DNA of 64,000 nucleotides. Source: Candidatus Bathyarchaeota archaeon. Its GTDB lineage: Archaea > Thermoproteota > Bathyarchaeia > TCS64. Positions 28,676 through 37,721 of this stretch are shown one piece after another; the stretch's first letter is position 1, and the number at the start of each line of letters is the position of its first letter. The stretch spans positions 1 through 64,000 of the forward strand of contig JBDRQD010000006.1 in the NCBI GenBank assembly GCA_043826455.1, in the 5' to 3' direction. Under the pieces are notes generated by a model. It had not been told where the DNA came from, made no database searches, and saw only the letters and a list, made by a program, of their open reading frames with translations. A program made the position numbers and the translations under genes.

Positions 28676-29154
28676 GTCTTGTACCCTATCTTCCGTAGGA
28701 ACTCTTTGCGCCACCTGACGCCGTGCTCGTCCTCGACGCCCCGGGGCCTCTGCCCGTCTACTACGCCCAGAATGCCGCGGCCCTGCTCTGTCTCGGCTAC
28801 GACGACGGCGAGGGGGTTGGCGGTGGCGGCGATGACGTGGCACAGCTCGGGGACTGCCTTGAGCTGGGTGAGGACATTGATGGGGTACGCGTCCCTGAGG
28901 AGTATGTTGAGGCTGTGACCGCAGCCCAGGGCCAGGGCGTTCTCCGCCGCAGCCTTCTTCAAAGCCTCATCGTTGCCGTCCACCCTGACGAGGCACTCCC
29001 CACTGGCCTCGCTGAAGGCCAGGCCGAACCGGATGCCGGGGGCGCTGGAGGCCAGGGCCTCGTATACGTCCTCCACGGTTTTGATGAAGTGGCTCTGGGC
29101 GAGGATGATGTTGCAGCCCTCGGGCACCTTGAGCTTAACCATTTTCAGCTCCAA
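28672..29154 (-). CDS. Adenosine-specific kinase / AMP-binding DUF355 family
   Basis: QSHFIKTVED, AFSEASG, ATANP, GRGILGVVDG, LRKIGYK. Confidence 0.88.
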   Translation of the reverse strand: MELKMVKLKVPEGCNIILAQSHFIKTVEDVYEALASSAPGIRFGLAFSEASGECLVRVDGNDEALKKAAAENALALGCGHSLNILLRDAYPINVLTQLKAVPELCHVIAATANPLAVVVAETEQGRGILGVVDGQRPRGVEDEHGVRWRKEFLRKIGYKT

Positions 29155-29233
29155 CGCGTTTCACGCCTGAATCTTGGCGGGCTGCGCTTTTAACTGGTTC
29201 GTAATCCATAAGTCTCTGGCCGCGACTGGTTCC

Positions 29234-29872
29234 ATGATGTCTGGGGACCGCAAGGAACCGGATGACCTGGCCGAGAGGATCACCGGCTGGCACTACAGTC
29301 TGGGGTGGGGGGACGGCTCGGACAGCGTGGCACCCTACGTGCCCACCCCCATGAACGTGGTGCACGAGATGCTGAAGCTGGCCAGGGCTGGGCCGGGGGA
29401 CGTGCTCTACGATCTCGGCTGCGGGGACGGCAGGATCATCCTGGCCGCCGTGGAGGAGTACAACGTGGACAGGGCCGTGGGGTACGAGATTAACCCCCAG
29501 ATGGCTGAGGCCACCAGGATGAAGGTGTACGATAAGGAGCTACAGGACCGGATCGCGGTGCTTCAGGCAGACTTTTTCGGGGAGGACCTGTCGGAGGCCT
29601 CTGTGGTGACGCTGTACCTGACCACGTCGGGTAACGCCAAGCTGAGGCCTAAGCTGGAGAAGGAGTTGAGGGTGGGGGCCCGGGTGGTTAGCCACGATTT
29701 CCCGGTCTCGGACTGGGTTCACAGCCGGGAGGAGGAGCGGTTCTACATGGTGGGCAGCCACAAGCTGTTTCTGTACGAGATCCCTGAGGCTTACATGCTG
29801 GATAAAAAGGCCCCGGAGGGGGACAGCTGGGACCGGCTGCGGCGGATGTTTGAGCGCCGCGACTCCCGTTGA
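29234..29872 (+). CDS. SAM-dependent methyltransferase (protein-lysine MT, FAM173/aKMT-like)
   Basis: PYVPTP, YDLGCGDGRI, VVTLYL, RVVSHDF. Confidence 0.85.
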   Translation: MMSGDRKEPDDLAERITGWHYSLGWGDGSDSVAPYVPTPMNVVHEMLKLARAGPGDVLYDLGCGDGRIILAAVEEYNVDRAVGYEINPQMAEATRMKVYDKELQDRIAVLQADFFGEDLSEASVVTLYLTTSGNAKLRPKLEKELRVGARVVSHDFPVSDWVHSREEERFYMVGSHKLFLYEIPEAYMLDKKAPEGDSWDRLRRMFERRDSR

Positions 29873-29900
29873 CTGTGGCTGTACCTTTCAGGGAAAAATT

Positions 29901-30833
29901 TTAGTAGACGCCTAGGGCTAGGGCGATGATGGCCATCCTGGCGTAGATGCCGTGCTTCATCTGCCTGAAGTACCAGGCGTTGGGCAGGTCATCCACGTCG
30001 GTGCTGATCTCGTTGACCCTGGGCAGGGGGTGCATGATGGCCACGTCCTTCTTGCCGTGCTTCTGGACCATCCGTCTGTCCATGATGTAGCTGTCCTTGA
30101 CCTTGTCGTACTCCTCCTGGCTGGCGAACCGCTCCCGCTGCACACGGGTCATGTAGACCACGTCCAGCTTGGGCATGGTCTTGGGCAGATCGGATACCTC
30201 GACCACCTCTATCTTGTCCTTGACCTCCTCGATGACCTCAGGCTTCATCTTCAACGCATCAGGGGCTATGCAGTAGACCTTGACATCATAGTTCCGGAGC
30301 GCCTTCAGGAGGCTGTGGACGGTGCGCCCGTTCTTCAGGTCCCCCACCATGCCTACGGTGAGGCCGTCGATGCCGCCTTTGGCGTAGCGTATGCAGTGGA
30401 GGTCCAGCATGGTCTGGGTGGGATGCTCCCAGGTTCCGCTGCCTCCGTTGATGTAGGGGACGCTGCTCACCTTGGCTGCGCGGAGGGCGGCGTCGTTGTC
30501 GGGGTGCCTCATGGCTATGATGTCTACGTAGTTCATGACGGTGCGTATGGTGTCCTCGAAGCTTTCGCCTTTCTTGGCGCTGCTTGTCATGGGGTCGGCC
30601 ACGGTGGTGACGTTGCCGCCTAGCCTGAACATGGCTGACTCGAAGCTGAGCCTGGTGCGGGTGCTGGGCTCGAAGAAGAGGCTGGCCAGGACCTTGCCCC
30701 GGGCCATGTCCGAGCCCTGCTTCTCTAGGTCCACCATCTCGTCGGCCACGTCCAGGATGAAGTCTAGTTGGGCGCGGCTGTAGTCGCTCATGCTGATGAA
30801 GTGCTTGCCTTTGAAGTCGGCTTTACTAACCAT
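29901..30833 (-). CDS. pyrB: Aspartate carbamoyltransferase catalytic subunit
   Basis: FFEPSTRTRLSF, HPTQ, YMTRVQRER, MHPLPR. Confidence 0.98.
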   Translation of the reverse strand: MVSKADFKGKHFISMSDYSRAQLDFILDVADEMVDLEKQGSDMARGKVLASLFFEPSTRTRLSFESAMFRLGGNVTTVADPMTSSAKKGESFEDTIRTVMNYVDIIAMRHPDNDAALRAAKVSSVPYINGGSGTWEHPTQTMLDLHCIRYAKGGIDGLTVGMVGDLKNGRTVHSLLKALRNYDVKVYCIAPDALKMKPEVIEEVKDKIEVVEVSDLPKTMPKLDVVYMTRVQRERFASQEEYDKVKDSYIMDRRMVQKHGKKDVAIMHPLPRVNEISTDVDDLPNAWYFRQMKHGIYARMAIIALALGVY

Positions 30834-30937
30834 GGGGATGTTTTGGTTTGGTGGGGATATATTTGTTGCCGTGGTTGGTTCTCAATTGGACGTTGTGCTC
30901 CATAATTTTTATAATATAAATTATGTTACAGTTTATT

Positions 30938-31258
30938 ATGCCGCTGGAAGACTTCTTGATGCCTGGGGAAAACATCAGGTATTCGAGCGCGTCGCCGGTT
31001 GAGTATCAGGGGGCGCAGTACTTTTTCTTGATCACTGACAGGAGGGTTCTCTGGCACAGGCAGCAGGGACTAGTTTTCAAGAAGGATAATGTAATCTCCG
31101 AGAACATAAGCGAGATAGTAGACATGTCCTACTCTGAGAAGGGCCTTGTCTCGAAGAAGGGAATAGTTAACATCACCACCTCAAGGAAGAAACTCGAGTT
31201 TTCGGGTGCGAAGGACTCGATCATGGAGATCTACAAGGAGCTCCAAAACTTCATTTAA
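30938..31258 (+). CDS. Small PH-like domain protein
   Basis: L.PGE.I, ITDRRVL, KKG/EKGL loops typical of prokaryotic PH domains. Confidence 0.65.
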   Translation: MPLEDFLMPGENIRYSSASPVEYQGAQYFFLITDRRVLWHRQQGLVFKKDNVISENISEIVDMSYSEKGLVSKKGIVNITTSRKKLEFSGAKDSIMEIYKELQNFI

Positions 31259-31259
31259 T

Positions 31260-32156
31260 TTATGTGACAGGTTGACCGAGCAGCCCCTGCGGTTTGAAGT
31301 ACATTGTCAGAGTCATTACGGCTATGGGCACGAGGGGCCTGTACTCGCCCATCCAGACGCCTATGGTGTGGTTAGCCCACACGATTAGCGTGATTTCAAC
31401 CACTCCCATGATTAGGCCCCCCACCGCGGCCCCTCTCATGCTTCTCACACCTCCCAGTAGGCACGAGGCCAGGACTCCTGTCATGAGGGTGGTGCCCATT
31501 GCTTGGGGCCATACGAACCATATGCTCCCGTAGGCCCCCGCCAGCCCCGCCAGGCCTCCAGCCAGGGCCCAGGCCCGCCATCTGACCCTGCTCGGGTTGA
31601 CGCCTTGCACCATTGCTAGATCGGCATCGTCAGCCACGGCCTTAAGGGAGGCCCCGATGATAGTCCCCTTGAGCAGGCGCTCATGGAACAGAACCGAGAC
31701 GACGGCGATAACCGTGGATACTATGAATACGCCTGGGACCCACCCCACGGTGAAATCGTAATTTGGCAGGCTGAAATACTGAGCATATGCACCGAAGTGG
31801 GTCATCAACCAGTACGAGTAGCACTCCACGAGCGTGGACAGTATGATTCCTGCGGCAATGAGCGCCAGGGTTACATACACGGGGCCCCTGCGCCTCCTCA
31901 GCAGGGGCTCGACCACCAATGCGCAGCAGAGGGCGCCTGTCAGCCCGCAGACAGTGAAGGCTGCGGGTAGGCTCAGGTAGACCTGGGCTCTGAGCACCCT
32001 AGCCACGGTGAACCCCGTGTAGGCTCCGATGGCAGCCGTGGGCCCGATGGTGAGGTTGAAGGTGTCCGATGTGAGGTATGTGAGGGTGTGGGCCTGGGCC
32101 ATGAGCACCAGCATGGACGCGTAGATGAGGGTGTTCATGAGTAACGCGACGCTCAT
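31260..32156 (-). CDS. Branched-chain amino acid ABC permease-like (LivH family), orphan
   Basis: G.SLKAVADD..LA..QGVN, LAGLAG, LLGG..S..GA.VGG, KPQGL. Confidence 0.8.
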   Translation of the reverse strand: MSVALLMNTLIYASMLVLMAQAHTLTYLTSDTFNLTIGPTAAIGAYTGFTVARVLRAQVYLSLPAAFTVCGLTGALCCALVVEPLLRRRRGPVYVTLALIAAGIILSTLVECYSYWLMTHFGAYAQYFSLPNYDFTVGWVPGVFIVSTVIAVVSVLFHERLLKGTIIGASLKAVADDADLAMVQGVNPSRVRWRAWALAGGLAGLAGAYGSIWFVWPQAMGTTLMTGVLASCLLGGVRSMRGAAVGGLIMGVVEITLIVWANHTIGVWMGEYRPLVPIAVMTLTMYFKPQGLLGQPVT

Positions 32157-32204
32157 ATAAAGATGGAGGCGACAGTAAACGTTTTAACGTTTATGGGGGG
32201 CGTT

Positions 32205-33071
32205 TCAGAAGCCCATGCGCCACCCTGCGCCCAGCTCCAAGTAATCCTCCCCGTAGCTGTCCCTGAAGGCGCTCCGCGCCAGTTCCCCGCTGCAGTGGGT
32301 CGGCGCAGCCTTCTCGACCCCCAGGCCCTTGAGCTCGGCCACCAGGCCGTCCAGGCTGGCCTTGTCCGCGCCGCCCAGGTGGAAGCCGCCGAAGACGAAG
32401 CTGACATCCAGGCCCGTCGCCTCCTCGGCCGCCTGGACCAGGTTCTGGACCCCCGGGTGGCTGCACCCAGTGATGAGGACCAGCCCCCCGCCAGTGTTAA
32501 CCATGAGGGCCTGCTCGTCGGGATTAAAGTCCAGCACCCTTGTGGTGGCCACGCCGGGGCAGATGAGTGTCGCGTTCCACGTCTCCATCAGGGTGGCTCC
32601 GCTGTCTCTCACCCTGCTCTTGATGTGGTAGGGGAACGACTCGGGTAGGTACACCGTCATGTCGCTGTTGGCCTCCAGCACCAGGCCCAGGCCCCCCACG
32701 TGGTCCCAGTGCTCGTGGCTCAGCACCAGGTAGTCGACCTCAGCAAGGTCGACGCCCAAAGCCTCCACGTTGTGGGCCAGCACCTCGGGGTCTCCCCCCG
32801 TGTCGAAGAGAACAGTGTCGTCCCCCAGCTCAACCAGGCAGCTGAAACCCCACTCTGTGGCGCAGCTTCCGTTGAAAGGTATGTTATCGTAGAGGATGGT
32901 GAACCGGCCGCTACGCTCAACCAGGGCTAGGGCTGTCTCTCCTTCGCCGGCCTGGTCCCAGCCCAGGAGACCCGGAGCCAGAAAGTAACCCGCGACGGCT
33001 GCGGCGACCACGAGGGCGAAGCCCGCCACCCATCTACCGTTGAGCCTCATAAACCAGACATAAGCGGCCAT
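32205..33071 (-). CDS. MBL-fold metallohydrolase (COG1237-like) with N-terminal anchor
   Basis: WGFS, LFDTG, SHEHWDHVGG, GCSHPG, GGFHL, PTHCSG. Confidence 0.88.
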   Translation of the reverse strand: MAAYVWFMRLNGRWVAGFALVVAAAVAGYFLAPGLLGWDQAGEGETALALVERSGRFTILYDNIPFNGSCATEWGFSCLVELGDDTVLFDTGGDPEVLAHNVEALGVDLAEVDYLVLSHEHWDHVGGLGLVLEANSDMTVYLPESFPYHIKSRVRDSGATLMETWNATLICPGVATTRVLDFNPDEQALMVNTGGGLVLITGCSHPGVQNLVQAAEEATGLDVSFVFGGFHLGGADKASLDGLVAELKGLGVEKAAPTHCSGELARSAFRDSYGEDYLELGAGWRMGF

Positions 33072-33129
33072 TCATTAAAGGGCATTCAATGAACCGTCTT
33101 TGGGTGTAAAGACGCGTCTTGACAGGTGA

Positions 33130-33564
33130 CTAAGTCTCAGGGTAGAGCCCTATTTCTCTAAGGAACTCTCTGAAGGAGGGCGTCAGGTCTATCCCCAGGA
33201 AATCCGCCGGCTCCACCCACCTGGCCTCCAGGGCATCATCCATGGCAGTGGCCTCGCCCTCCATGACCCTAGCCAGCAGCTGAACTATGATGAAGTGGTA
33301 CCGGACCCGCCCCTCGTCGTCCCTGACGATCTTGTCCACCACACCGATCCTGTCCACCACCTCCACCCTGAGCCCCGTCTCCTCCAGCGCCTCACGAACC
33401 GCCGCGTCCCTGACCCTCTCCCCCACCTCCACCAGGCCACCGGGCACCGTCCACAGCCCAGCGTCAGGCTCGGCCCCCCTCCTGATGAGCAGAAACTTGC
33501 CGTTCCTCTCGATGAGGATGCCTACGCCCACGATGGGCCTCTCAGGGTAAAGCCTGCCAGACAT
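33130..33564 (-). CDS. Nudix hydrolase (ADP-ribose pyrophosphatase-like)
   Basis: Nudix box PGGLVEVGE....AAVREALEETGL. Confidence 0.93.
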   Translation of the reverse strand: MSGRLYPERPIVGVGILIERNGKFLLIRRGAEPDAGLWTVPGGLVEVGERVRDAAVREALEETGLRVEVVDRIGVVDKIVRDDEGRVRYHFIIVQLLARVMEGEATAMDDALEARWVEPADFLGIDLTPSFREFLREIGLYPET

Positions 33565-33594
33565 ACAGCTTAATTGCAGCACCCAGCAGCTTAT

Positions 33595-35115
33595 TTAGTC
33601 GTCGGCCACCTGCTCCCGCCCCGCGGCCTCCATGTGGATGAACCTGCTCATGGGCGTGCTCAAGCTGCTAGCTGGGTACACCTCAGGCAGCACTTTCACC
33701 CAAATGGGGAACCTGCACCTGAGCGCCGTCCCCTTAACTATGGCTTCACCCGGCGGAAGGTAGCCTATGAGCTCAGCGAACTCGGCCCCCATGATCTCAG
33801 CCATCCTCGCCTTATCAACGTCCTCCAGGCTGTGACACACCACGTTATTCGCACACTGGGTCACCACCGTCTTCTCCACGGTGCTCAGCCTCTGGGTCAC
33901 CGCCCACAGCCCCACACCGTTCCTGCCGCCATTAGTCGCGATCTCCTTGATGACCCCCAGCAGCTTGCCCCTGCTCTCCTTCTCACCGATCTCAAAGACG
34001 CCCCGCTGAGGGGCATAGTACATGGCCTCCTCCAAGACGATGATGCACCCGAACTTGCGGTTCTCCAGGGCCTCCCCGAAGATGCGGCGCAGAACCTGGG
34101 CCACCACCAGGTGCTTCTGGTCCCAGGTGTCCTTCCCGGCGCTCAGGTCCATGATCACCACGTGCCTGTCCCGGAGCAGCTCCACCGGGTCCAGGGTCTC
34201 CATGTCCCCGTCCGGGATCAGTCGGCTGATGCCCACGCTGTTCACCACCTGCATCCTGTACGCCTCGAACTCCTCCGGCTTCTTGTTGAACCCCAGCCTC
34301 TCCAGGTGAACCTGATCCAGTGCCCTGCGCAGGTTCGCCTTGGTCACCGTCGCCTGCTGCGCGTACAGAATCTTCAGGGCGTGGATGAGTATCTTGGCGT
34401 TCCACCAAGTCTTCTGCCACCCGAACTCCGCCACGTAGTCCTCCCAGGGGATGCCCCCTGGCTCGAAGAACCTGCTCCAGGGGACACGCAGAACCTTGTC
34501 TGAGCCGAGACGCTCCTGTAGGCTGCTGTACTCCCCGTCCTTATCCACTATGAAGAAGCGGACTGGGGGGTCCGCAGCAGCGGCTCTAGCCACCATGGTC
34601 ACCGCCGTGGTGGTCTTCCCCGTCCCCACCGCCCCACATATCAGGCAGCTCTGCCGGATCAAGCTGTACATCCCCAGCTCCACGTCTAGGTCCGTCCCTG
34701 GGTCCGTCCCCAGCAGTATCCTCCAGTCGCCGCTGGGCTTGGTGAACTGGGCGATGACATCCCTCTCGGCCAGGTACACGGGCGTGTTCGGCTGAAGCGG
34801 ATACCTCAACGGCCTGAGGCTGCCCCCCTCATCCATCCACCCCCACTGGTACGCCTGAGCATGAAGCGTGCTATCCTCAAAGTCGTTGATGACTCTGCCG
34901 TCCCTGAGGAGGGCCTCCTCGTACTCCCTGACCCGCTTATGGGGGTACACCCGGGTCACCTGGTAAACCACGGGGCACCCGTTCTTAGGGTGCTCCATGT
35001 ACACTAGGTCGCCCTTGGCCAGCTCCAGGCCCCTGAGGAGCAGCACAGTGATCTCGCTGATGCCGTACTCGCCCGTGGCGCTGTACGTGTGCCCGACCCT
35101 CAGCCCACCATCCAC
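33595..35115 (-). CDS. herA: HerA/FtsK-family ATPase
   Basis: N-terminal HAS-barrel-like region, Walker A GAVGTGKT, VDKDGEY, Walker B VLEEA, GRNG arginine region, TQR motif. Confidence 0.88.
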   Translation of the reverse strand: MDGGLRVGHTYSATGEYGISEITVLLLRGLELAKGDLVYMEHPKNGCPVVYQVTRVYPHKRVREYEEALLRDGRVINDFEDSTLHAQAYQWGWMDEGGSLRPLRYPLQPNTPVYLAERDVIAQFTKPSGDWRILLGTDPGTDLDVELGMYSLIRQSCLICGAVGTGKTTTAVTMVARAAAADPPVRFFIVDKDGEYSSLQERLGSDKVLRVPWSRFFEPGGIPWEDYVAEFGWQKTWWNAKILIHALKILYAQQATVTKANLRRALDQVHLERLGFNKKPEEFEAYRMQVVNSVGISRLIPDGDMETLDPVELLRDRHVVIMDLSAGKDTWDQKHLVVAQVLRRIFGEALENRKFGCIIVLEEAMYYAPQRGVFEIGEKESRGKLLGVIKEIATNGGRNGVGLWAVTQRLSTVEKTVVTQCANNVVCHSLEDVDKARMAEIMGAEFAELIGYLPPGEAIVKGTALRCRFPIWVKVLPEVYPASSLSTPMSRFIHMEAAGREQVADD

Positions 35116-36155
35116 TCGCCCTCACCCCAGTACGGCGCCAGCGGAGAAACGTCCCCCGTCTCCCGGCCCACCCTGCTTATTATCTCGCTGAAAACGTCGC
35201 CGATGAAGCGGCGGCTCACCTTCACCTCTTCGTCGGCCCGGACGATGGGCAGCGGTATCCCGCTCCAGATGCTGGTCGCGTAGCAGTAGTCGGCCACGTC
35301 GTCCACGGCCCCCAGGCAGAACGCGGGGAGGTCCACCCTGATGGGGGGGAGGTCCCACTCCTGGGTCAGCCGACAGTAGAACCCGTACACGGGCTCCTGA
35401 ACCACGTCCATCATCTGGCTCCCCCGGGATGCCATCCGCATCGCCGTCCGGGGGCTGAAGATGTCTGTGCGCTCCCCTGGCATCAGTGTCTGGTGCATCA
35501 GGTAGCTGTCACTCAGGTCCGTCTCGGCGCCCAGCCCCAGGTAGTGAACCAGGTACCGGGCGCTGGGTCGCTTCACCACCCCGGCCACCGTCACCCCCCG
35601 GTCCCTGCACACCCTGAGTAGCCCGTTCAGGGCGTCCACCAGCCGCCGCCTGTCCTCCTCGCAGCCGGCGGCCCCCCACCAGCCGCTCAGCGCCAGGGGC
35701 CCGTCCACCAGCATGAGCTCCACCTCGCCGCCCCCTAGCAGGAACTCCCTGGCGGTCTCGTAGAGCCTGGCCTCCCGGCGTAGGTTCACCGACCCTGCGA
35801 AGCCCACGCCCACCGAGTAGGGCTCGCACATGCTTTCGGGGGGCAGGTAGAAGCGGCCTCCCTGGGGAAGCGTGTAGACCAGGGCGCTGATTACCGCGTA
35901 CTGCCTGGAGGCCATGGGTATCACCTGGCTCCCCGCGTCCACACCAGCCACCCACGTGTACGCCTCCCGCTTCCTTAGAGGCACCACATCCATCTCGCTC
36001 CTGATACGCTCCGCCAGCTCCCTGACCAGCGGGGCCTCGGTCAGCACGTCTCCCGTGATCTCGGCCAGGAGCAGGTTCCTTATGCTGAGGCTGAGGCTTT
36101 CGGCCTGCGGCCTGGGATCAGCCAGCTCCCCCCGTTCCTTAACCGCGAGCACCAT
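35100..36155 (-). CDS. nurA: NurA-family 5'-3' nuclease
   Basis: GVDAG, LVDGPL, GVVKR, SD, P.PI..AD..VK motifs; overlaps herA. Confidence 0.85.
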   Translation of the reverse strand: MVLAVKERGELADPRPQAESLSLSIRNLLLAEITGDVLTEAPLVRELAERIRSEMDVVPLRKREAYTWVAGVDAGSQVIPMASRQYAVISALVYTLPQGGRFYLPPESMCEPYSVGVGFAGSVNLRREARLYETAREFLLGGGEVELMLVDGPLALSGWWGAAGCEEDRRRLVDALNGLLRVCRDRGVTVAGVVKRPSARYLVHYLGLGAETDLSDSYLMHQTLMPGERTDIFSPRTAMRMASRGSQMMDVVQEPVYGFYCRLTQEWDLPPIRVDLPAFCLGAVDDVADYCYATSIWSGIPLPIVRADEEVKVSRRFIGDVFSEIISRVGRETGDVSPLAPYWGEGEWMVG

Positions 36156-36326
36156 GATACCACGTCCGTTGAAACCGTTGACGTACAACACTTTTTTTCC
36201 ACCGTATTTAACCCTTGCGATCGCTTTGAGCGTAATTTCTGATAAACCAGGTTTTATTTATATACTCAGAAATTAAGACGCTCGCCCATCTATGTCTATC
36301 AATGTAAAAACGCATGGACCCCAAAA

Positions 36327-36348
36327 GTAAAGTTAAATACCACTTTAC
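36327..36348. promoter_or_regulatory. Inverted repeat GTAAAGT-N8-ACTTTAC straddling a TATA-like box of the wHTH operon
   Basis: Perfect 7-bp arms around TTAAATA, immediately upstream of 36355. Confidence 0.45.
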
Positions 36349-36354
36349 ATAGAT

Positions 36355-36615
36355 ATGACAACTAGAAAGATGAGTAAGAACCAGAGCCTAAAGGACACCA
36401 TTTTCAAGGAGTTTCTCAGGAACCCGGCCCTTGGGCCCACCGAGATGGCGGAGAAGCTGGGCGCCAACTACAACAGCGTAAAGGCTGCTTTCGCCAAGCT
36501 CGCCGAGGAGGGACTCCTCGAGCGCTCAGGCAGAGGTAACTACGAGCCCAGCGTCCCGGGCATCCTCCTCAACCTCATGGCCCGCGTGGAGGCCCTGGAG
36601 ACGAAGGCACCATGA
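36355..36615 (+). CDS. Small winged-helix protein 1
   Basis: GPTEMAEKLGANYNSVKAAFAKL..EGLLER..RG.Y. Confidence 0.85.
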   Translation: MTTRKMSKNQSLKDTIFKEFLRNPALGPTEMAEKLGANYNSVKAAFAKLAEEGLLERSGRGNYEPSVPGILLNLMARVEALETKAP

Positions 36616-36872
36616 GCGAGACCTGGGACAAGGTCCTCAAGGACGTCTCACCCACCACCAGCCAGTTCAAGGTCCTAGTCTACCTGGCCTTCCGGGGCCC
36701 CAGCCAGCCCAGCGACATCAGCAGCGAAACGGGCATAGCCCCAGGCACCGTACGGCCAGCCCTTCGCACCCTCCTGGACAAGGGCTACGTGGCCCAGCAG
36801 GAGGACGGCAGCTACAGGAGCCTCGTCCCCTTCACAGACGTCGTCTCCCACCTGTACGCGGCTCAGAAGTAG
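36612..36872 (+). CDS. Small winged-helix protein 2
   Basis: SQFKVLVYL..RGP..PSDIS..TGI..GTVR.AL..L..KGYV; ATGA overlap. Confidence 0.85.
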   Translation: MSETWDKVLKDVSPTTSQFKVLVYLAFRGPSQPSDISSETGIAPGTVRPALRTLLDKGYVAQQEDGSYRSLVPFTDVVSHLYAAQK

Positions 36873-36886
36873 CCGGAGGAAAAGCC

Positions 36887-37138
36887 GTGGGTTCCGAGGA
36901 GCTCGAGGGCCTGAAGCGGGCGGACAGCCAGAGGGACGTCTTCCTCATGTTGGTCCAAGGCGGAGAACCCATGAGTAGCCAGGAGATAGCCGACAAGCTT
37001 GGGCTCACGGTGAACGCCGTCAACATTGCCCTCTTCAACCTCAACAAGAAGGAGCTCGTTGAGCGGGTGAGCCGAGGCGTATACAGGTACCGGCTCGGCC
37101 CCATCCTGGTGGAGCTCCTGAAAAAGTACTTCGAGTGA
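36887..37138 (+). CDS. Small winged-helix protein 3
   Basis: SQRDVF..L...GEPMS.QEIADKLGL..NAV..AL..L.KK.LVERV.RG.Y. Confidence 0.85.
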   Translation: MGSEELEGLKRADSQRDVFLMLVQGGEPMSSQEIADKLGLTVNAVNIALFNLNKKELVERVSRGVYRYRLGPILVELLKKYFE

Positions 37139-37392
37139 CCCGCATGAAGCTGGATGAGTTGGACCCCGAGACCTCGGCCTTCAAGATACTGGTCCACCTC
37201 ACCTTCCGGGGCCAGCCCATGAAGCCGATAGACATCAGCAGGGAGCTGGGGGAGAACAGCAGCAGCGTCCGGGCTAGGCTCGCCGAGCTCAAGCGGGACG
37301 GCCTGGTGGACTCCACCGGTGACGGGTACGTGGCTCTCACCACCACTTACGACATCTTGATGAAACTTTATAGACAACCAAAGGAAAAGTAG
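37135..37392 (+). CDS. Small winged-helix protein 4
   Basis: SAFKILVHL.FRGQPMKP.DIS.ELG...SSVRARL.EL...GLV; GTGA overlap. Confidence 0.85.
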   Translation: MTRMKLDELDPETSAFKILVHLTFRGQPMKPIDISRELGENSSSVRARLAELKRDGLVDSTGDGYVALTTTYDILMKLYRQPKEK

Positions 37393-37403
37393 GGTGAAGT
37401 AGA

Positions 37404-37721
37404 TTGTCTGAACAGCAACTGGGGGAGATGAAGGAGAAGATGGAGACCTTAGTAGGGCTGCAACGGGCGCCCAGCCAGTTCATGGTCTTCTACCACCTGC
37501 TCGGCACCTCCAAGACCATGACGGTGAAGGAGATCAGCGACGAACTGGTTCTCACCCCCAAGGCCACGGAGAGGGCCGTAGCCAAGCTCCTGGAGAAGGA
37601 CATGATCCAGAGGAGCCCCTTCCGGGACGGCGGCTACAACGTGGACGCCAAGGGCGTCACGTTGATGCTGCTGGTAACCACCATGGAGCTATACCAGGAG
37701 CAAAAGAAGAAGAAAGGCTAG
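37404..37721 (+). CDS. Small winged-helix protein 5
   Basis: SQFMVF..L....MTVKEIS.EL.L..KA.ERAV.KL..KDMI.R. Confidence 0.85.
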   Translation: MSEQQLGEMKEKMETLVGLQRAPSQFMVFYHLLGTSKTMTVKEISDELVLTPKATERAVAKLLEKDMIQRSPFRDGGYNVDAKGVTLMLLVTTMELYQEQKKKKG

